A stretch of 64,000 nucleotides of DNA from Escherichia coli (GTDB lineage Bacteria; Pseudomonadota; Gammaproteobacteria; Enterobacterales; Enterobacteriaceae): assembly GCF_048403405.1 (NCBI RefSeq), contig NZ_CP183129.1. One strand, given 5' to 3'. Position 1 is the first letter of the stretch. The number at the start of each line of letters is the position of its first letter. Shown in pieces: positions 59,043 through 64,000 of this stretch. Both the position numbers and the translations under genes were made by a program. The notes under the pieces were generated by a model. It was not told where the DNA came from. It ran no database searches and saw nothing but the letters and a program-made list of their open reading frames with translations.

Positions 59043-60461
59043 ATGCATGTACAGCCCATTTCAACTTTCCGTTTGTTCCAGGAAGGTCATCTGCTACGTA
59101 ATAGCATCGCTATTTTTGCGCTAACCACGCTGTTCTATTTTATTGGTGCAGAGTTACGGCTGGTTCACGAACTTTCTCTTTTCTGGCCGCTGAATGGCGT
59201 AATGGCGGGGGTGTTTGCCCGCTATGTCTGGCTTAATCGACTGCATTACTATGCGATCAGTTATGTGGCAATGCTGGTTTATGATGCCATAACCACCGAA
59301 TGGGGGCTGGTTTCACTGGCTATCAATTTCTCCAATATGATGTTTATTGTTACCGTCGCCTTACTGGTCGCGCGGGATAAGCGTCTGGGGAAAAATAAGT
59401 ATGAGCCAGTAAGTGCCTTACGGCTATTTAATTACTGTCTGATTGCCGCATTATTATGCGCTATTGTCGGGGCGATTGGTTCGGTCAGTATTGATAGTCT
59501 GGATTTCTGGCCTTTGCTTGCCGACTGGTTCAGTGAGCAATTCTCAACGGGCGTGTTGATCGTGCCTTGTATGCTGACGTTGGCAATTCCTGGAGTGCTG
59601 CCGCGCTTTAAAGCAGAACAGATGATGCCCGCTATCGCGCTTATTGTGTCGGTTATTGCCTCGGTAGTCATTGGCGGAGCGGGGAGTCTGGCGTTCCCAC
59701 TGCCTGCATTAATCTGGTGTGCAGTGCGCTATACGCCGCAGGTAACATGTCTGTTGACCTTTGTCACCGGTGCGGTGGAAATCGTACTGGTGGCAAATTC
59801 GGTGATTGATATCTCGGTCGGTTCGCCATTCTCCATTCCGGAAATGTTCTCCGCACGTCTCGGTATTGCCACGATGGCGATATGCCCAATTATGGTTTCT
59901 TTTAGCGTGGCAGCGATCAATTCGCTAATGAAGCAAGTTGCGCTGCGAGCCGACTTTGATTTTCTGACTCAGGTTTACTCACGGTCCGGTCTTTATGAGG
60001 CGCTGAAAAGTCCATCGCTGAAACAGACACAACATCTGACTGTCATGCTGCTTGATATCGACTATTTCAAAAGTATTAACGATAACTATGGACATGAATG
60101 TGGCGATAAAGTGTTAAGCGTGTTTGCAAGGCATATTCAGAAGATTGTCGGTGATAAGGGGCTGGTGGCACGAATGGGCGGCGAAGAATTTGCTGTTGCA
60201 GTGCCGTCGGTGAATCCTGTCGATGGTCTGCTAATGGCGGAAAAAATCCGTAAAGGCGTTGAACTGCAACCATTCACCTGGCAACAAAAAACGCTTTATC
60301 TCACGGTAAGTATTGGCGTCGGTAGTGGTCGCGCATCGTACCGAACGCTGACCGATGACTTTAATAAATTGATGGTCGAAGCCGATACGTGTCTGTATCG
60401 CTCGAAGAAAGATGGGCGCAACCGTACCAGCACTATGCGTTACGGTGAGGAAGTTGTCTGA
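59043..60461 (+). CDS. dgcF: membrane-anchored diguanylate cyclase DgcF (YneF)
   Basis: N-terminal polytopic membrane domain plus GGDEF domain (ARMGGEEF); true start may be downstream of 59043. Confidence 0.8.
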   Translation: MHVQPISTFRLFQEGHLLRNSIAIFALTTLFYFIGAELRLVHELSLFWPLNGVMAGVFARYVWLNRLHYYAISYVAMLVYDAITTEWGLVSLAINFSNMMFIVTVALLVARDKRLGKNKYEPVSALRLFNYCLIAALLCAIVGAIGSVSIDSLDFWPLLADWFSEQFSTGVLIVPCMLTLAIPGVLPRFKAEQMMPAIALIVSVIASVVIGGAGSLAFPLPALIWCAVRYTPQVTCLLTFVTGAVEIVLVANSVIDISVGSPFSIPEMFSARLGIATMAICPIMVSFSVAAINSLMKQVALRADFDFLTQVYSRSGLYEALKSPSLKQTQHLTVMLLDIDYFKSINDNYGHECGDKVLSVFARHIQKIVGDKGLVARMGGEEFAVAVPSVNPVDGLLMAEKIRKGVELQPFTWQQKTLYLTVSIGVGSGRASYRTLTDDFNKLMVEADTCLYRSKKDGRNRTSTMRYGEEVV

Positions 60462-60688
60462 CATCTTTATTCATTCACAGCGATTTTAACGGAATGTGTT
60501 CTACCACTTTATTGAGCGAATAAAAGGCGTAGTTCCTCGATTAAACCATGATCCGCGCCACACTTTTCTCATAAAACTGCTCATTAATCATCAGGAGTTG
60601 ATCAAAACAGGGGTTCGGTGTATTAAAGTTTGCTAACCTGTCGTACCAATTCAAACAGGTTGTATGACTAATCAGAAGGGAACCCATT

Positions 60689-62140
60689 GTGAAAACACTA
60701 AATCGTCGCGATTTTCCCGGTGCACAGTATCCAGAACGTATCATTCAGTTTGGTGAAGGTAACTTCCTGCGCGCCTTTGTTGACTGGCAAATCGATCTCC
60801 TGAATGAGCACACCGATCTGAATTCTGGCGTGGTCGTTGTTCGTCCGATTGAAACTTCATTCCCACCGTCACTGAGCACACAGGATGGTCTGTACACCAC
60901 CATTATCCGTGGCCTGAATGAGAAGGGTGAAGCGGTCAGCGACGCGCGTCTGATTCGCTCGGTTAATCGTGAAATCAGCGTCTACAGTGAATTCGATGAA
61001 TTCCTGAAACTGGCGCACAATCCGGAAATGCGCTTTGTTTTCTCTAACACCACCGAAGCGGGTATCAGCTACCATGCGGGCGATAAATTCGATGACGCGC
61101 CGGCTGTAAGTTATCCGGCAAAACTGACCCGTCTGCTGTTCGAACGTTTTAGCCATTTCAACGGTGCGCTGGATAAAGGTTGGATCATCATCCCGTGTGA
61201 GTTGATCGACTACAATGGCGACGCGTTGCGTGAACTTGTGCTGCGCTATGCGCAAGAGTGGGCACTACCAGAAGCATTTATTCAATGGCTGGATCAGGCT
61301 AACAGCTTCTGTTCTACGCTGGTGGACCGTATCGTTACCGGCTATCCGCGTGATGAAGTGGCTAAACTGGAAGAAGAACTGGGTTATCACGATGGTTTCC
61401 TCGACACCGCTGAACACTTTTACCTGTTTGTGATTCAGGGGCCGAAATCCTTAGCGACTGAACTGCGTCTGGACAAATATCCGCTCAACGTGCTGATTGT
61501 TGACGATATTAAACCGTATAAAGAACGCAAAGTGGCAATACTCAACGGTGCGCACACCGCGCTGGTGCCGGTGGCGTTCCAGGCAGGGCTGGATACCGTA
61601 GGTGAAGCGATGAACGATGCTGAAATTTGCGCATTCGTTGAAAAAGCCATCTACGAAGAGATTATTCCGGTACTGGATTTGCCTCGTGATGAACTGGAAT
61701 CTTTCGCCAGTGCAGTCACCGGACGTTTCCGTAATCCGTACATCAAGCATCAGCTGCTGTCTATCGCGCTTAACGGTATGACCAAGTTCCGCACCCGTAT
61801 CCTGCCGCAGCTGCTGGCAGGGCAGAAGGCAAACGGCACACTTCCGGCGCGCCTTACTTTCGCATTAGCGGCATTGATTGCGTTTTATCGCGGTGAGCGT
61901 AATGGAGAAACATATCCGGTACAGGACGATGCCCACTGGCTGGAACGTTATCAGCAACTCTGGAGCCAGCATCGTGACCGTGTTATCGGCACCCAGGAGT
62001 TGGTAGCGATTGTGTTGGCAGAAAAAGACCACTGGGAGCAGGACCTGACGCAAGTGCCTGGTCTGGTCGAGCAGGTGGCTAATGACCTGGATGTGATTCT
62101 CGAAAAAGGAATGCGCGAAGCTGTACGTCCGTTGTGCTAA
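60689..62140 (+). CDS. uxaB: altronate oxidoreductase (tagaturonate reductase)
   Basis: 483 aa; N-terminal Rossmann fold ([13 protein letters not shown]). Confidence 0.9.
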   Translation: MKTLNRRDFPGAQYPERIIQFGEGNFLRAFVDWQIDLLNEHTDLNSGVVVVRPIETSFPPSLSTQDGLYTTIIRGLNEKGEAVSDARLIRSVNREISVYSEFDEFLKLAHNPEMRFVFSNTTEAGISYHAGDKFDDAPAVSYPAKLTRLLFERFSHFNGALDKGWIIIPCELIDYNGDALRELVLRYAQEWALPEAFIQWLDQANSFCSTLVDRIVTGYPRDEVAKLEEELGYHDGFLDTAEHFYLFVIQGPKSLATELRLDKYPLNVLIVDDIKPYKERKVAILNGAHTALVPVAFQAGLDTVGEAMNDAEICAFVEKAIYEEIIPVLDLPRDELESFASAVTGRFRNPYIKHQLLSIALNGMTKFRTRILPQLLAGQKANGTLPARLTFALAALIAFYRGERNGETYPVQDDAHWLERYQQLWSQHRDRVIGTQELVAIVLAEKDHWEQDLTQVPGLVEQVANDLDVILEKGMREAVRPLC

Positions 62141-62145
62141 TACTC

Positions 62146-62176
62146 TGAACCCGGTTTCGACCGGGTTTCTTATTTC
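62146..62176 (+). terminator. rho-independent terminator after uxaB
   Basis: aacccggtttcgaccgggtt followed by a T-rich run. Confidence 0.6.
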
Positions 62177-62336
62177 ACTATATTAGTTACAACATTCTAT
62201 GTACCTTTATCATTAACGGGTGCCATATGCCACACCTGTAAATGTTGTAAGCTTGTAGGTAATTTGTACGTAGCGTCTTGAGAATGTGATCGTAATCACG
62301 TTTAATAGGGCGACTTTTCCACGCCTGAAGATAACC

Positions 62337-63251
62337 ATGATTGTTCGTCCACAACAACACTGGCTGCGCCGTATTTTTGTCTGGCATGGCTCAGTATTAT
62401 CCAAGATGTCCTCGCGCTTACTACTCAATTTTCTCTTTTCTATCGCTGTTATTTTCATGCTGCCCTGGTACACGCATCTGGGCATCAAATTCACCCTCGC
62501 ACCGTTCAGCATTCTCGGTGTCGCCATCGCCATTTTTCTTGGTTTTCGTAATAATGCCGGGTACGCCCGTTACGTTGAAGCGCGAAAACTTTGGGGGCAG
62601 TTGATGATTGCCTCACGGTCGTTACTGCGGGAGGTAAAAACGACATTGCCGGATTCGGCAAGTGTAAGGGAGTTTGCCCGGCTGCAAATTGCCTTCGCCC
62701 ATTGTTTACGCATGACATTACGCAAACAACCACAGGCGGAAGTACTGGCTCAATATCTCAAGACGGAAGATCTTCAGCGAGTACTGGCTTCGAACTCTCC
62801 AGCTAACCGTATCTTGTTAATAATGGGGGAGTGGTTGGCGGTTCAGCGCCGCAATGGACAGCTTTCAGATATCCTGTTTATTAGCCTCAACGATCGGCTT
62901 AACGATATTTCAGCGGTTCTGGCAGGCTGCGAGCGCATTGCCTATACGCCAATTCCCTTTGCCTACACCCTGATTTTGCATCGTACCGTTTATCTGTTTT
63001 GTATCATGCTGCCGTTCGCGCTGGTCGTGGACCTGCATTACATGACGCCTTTTATCTCTGTGCTGATTTCCTACACTTTTATTTCGCTGGATTGTCTGGC
63101 GGAAGAACTGGAAGATCCCTTCGGTACTGAAAACAATGATTTACCGCTGGATGCCATCTGCAACGCTATTGAAATTGACCTGTTACAGATGAACGATGAA
63201 GCAGAAATTCCAGCAAAAATTCTTCCCGATCGTCATTACCAGCTGACGTAA
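62337..63251 (+). CDS. yneE: bestrophin-family membrane protein YneE
   Basis: 304 aa from MIVRPQQHWLRRIFVW; hydrophobic segments. Confidence 0.8.
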   Translation: MIVRPQQHWLRRIFVWHGSVLSKMSSRLLLNFLFSIAVIFMLPWYTHLGIKFTLAPFSILGVAIAIFLGFRNNAGYARYVEARKLWGQLMIASRSLLREVKTTLPDSASVREFARLQIAFAHCLRMTLRKQPQAEVLAQYLKTEDLQRVLASNSPANRILLIMGEWLAVQRRNGQLSDILFISLNDRLNDISAVLAGCERIAYTPIPFAYTLILHRTVYLFCIMLPFALVVDLHYMTPFISVLISYTFISLDCLAEELEDPFGTENNDLPLDAICNAIEIDLLQMNDEAEIPAKILPDRHYQLT

Positions 63252-63254
63252 GAT

Positions 63255-64000
63255 TTACTCCGTACGCCGGGCAACAATAAACAGACGCGGAAATGCCAGC
63301 AGTATCTCTCCGTTCTCTTGCAGTGGATACTGCTCTTCCAGCATCTGATGGTAGCGCGTAAGAAAATGCTGCTGTTCGCTCTCGGTCAGATCCTGTAACC
63401 ACGGACGTAATCCAGTGGCGGTCACCCAATCGATAATCGCCTGGTGCGACGGCATCTGGTGATAGTAGGTGGTTCGCCAGATATCGACCTCACATCCGGC
63501 TTCGCTCAAAATATCGTAGTAAGCATGAACGCCAGCCAGCGGCTCACGCCCGCGATCCGGGTAGTTTTGTTCCCAGGCAACTTCGCGCATGAGCACATGG
63601 GTCGGCTCCAGCCAGTTATCTGGCATCTGTACTGCCAGCACGCCCTGCGGATTAAGTAAAGAAACCAGATGAGGGAACAATTCGTAGTGGTCGGGCAGCC
63701 ATTGCAGTGAGGCATTAGCAAAAATCAGATCGAGTGCCTGTTCCGGTTGCCAGTTGCGGATGTCTGCTTCCACGAACTGGCAGTCTGGCAAAGCACTGCG
63801 CGCTTCAGCAATCATCGCCGGAGACGAGTCGATGCCTGTTATCCTGGCCGCAGGCCAACGTTGATGCAGCAGGGCGGTGCTGTTACCTGGGCCACAGCCA
63901 AGATCGGCAACGTATTCGATATTCTCCAGCGGCACTCTGGCAAGTAGCTCCACCGCCGGACGCGATCGTTCAGCGGCAAAGTGCAGATATAAAGAGGGGT
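63255..64000 (-). CDS. tam: trans-aconitate 2-methyltransferase, 3-prime part; start lies beyond the window end
   Basis: SAM-binding motif [10 protein letters not shown]; minus-strand frame still open at position 64000. Confidence 0.85.
   Translation of the reverse strand, partial: PSLYLHFAAERSRPAVELLARVPLENIEYVADLGCGPGNSTALLHQRWPAARITGIDSSPAMIAEARSALPDCQFVEADIRNWQPEQALDLIFANASLQWLPDHYELFPHLVSLLNPQGVLAVQMPDNWLEPTHVLMREVAWEQNYPDRGREPLAGVHAYYDILSEAGCEVDIWRTTYYHQMPSHQAIIDWVTATGLRPWLQDLTESEQQHFLTRYHQMLEEQYPLQENGEILLAFPRLFIVARRTE

Overview
This window reads as Escherichia coli chromosome, in reverse orientation relative to K-12 MG1655, and gene names below come from recalled homology rather than a database search. 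Positions 1 to about 32.8 kb are the right arm of a Qin-like (phage 21-type) lambdoid prophage integrated in ydfJ. Unlike the cryptic K-12 Qin it still carries a full packaging, head and tail set: antiterminator Q, the S21-type lysis cassette, cold-shock morons (cspB, cspI, gnsB, ydfK), a lambda-like cos site, terminase, portal, a protease-capsid fusion, tail genes Z through J, lom and stf, ending with a pinQ-like recombinase and ydfK. Two structural lesions are visible: the tail-tip gene J carries a 1-bp frameshift in a C-run, and a cspF/H-like gene next to Q is decayed. The best candidate for an undescribed system is a low-GC three-gene cassette at 28987-30654 that has replaced the tail-fibre assembly gene tfa, leaving only a 39-codon tfa 3-prime remnant. 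It encodes a small acidic protein, a fibre-like protein with a C-terminal intramolecular-chaperone domain, and a small membrane protein; its function is unknown and could be purely structural. A second variable spot lies between holin and endolysin. The rest of the window is core chromosome (ydfJ through tam, including dcp, dgcZ, mgtS, the marRAB-marC locus, sad, glsB and uxaB), interrupted by a roughly 6 kb accessory beta-glucoside PTS, porin and phospho-beta-glucosidase operon between eamA and marB. No CRISPR array, tRNA gene, IS element or integrase was seen.
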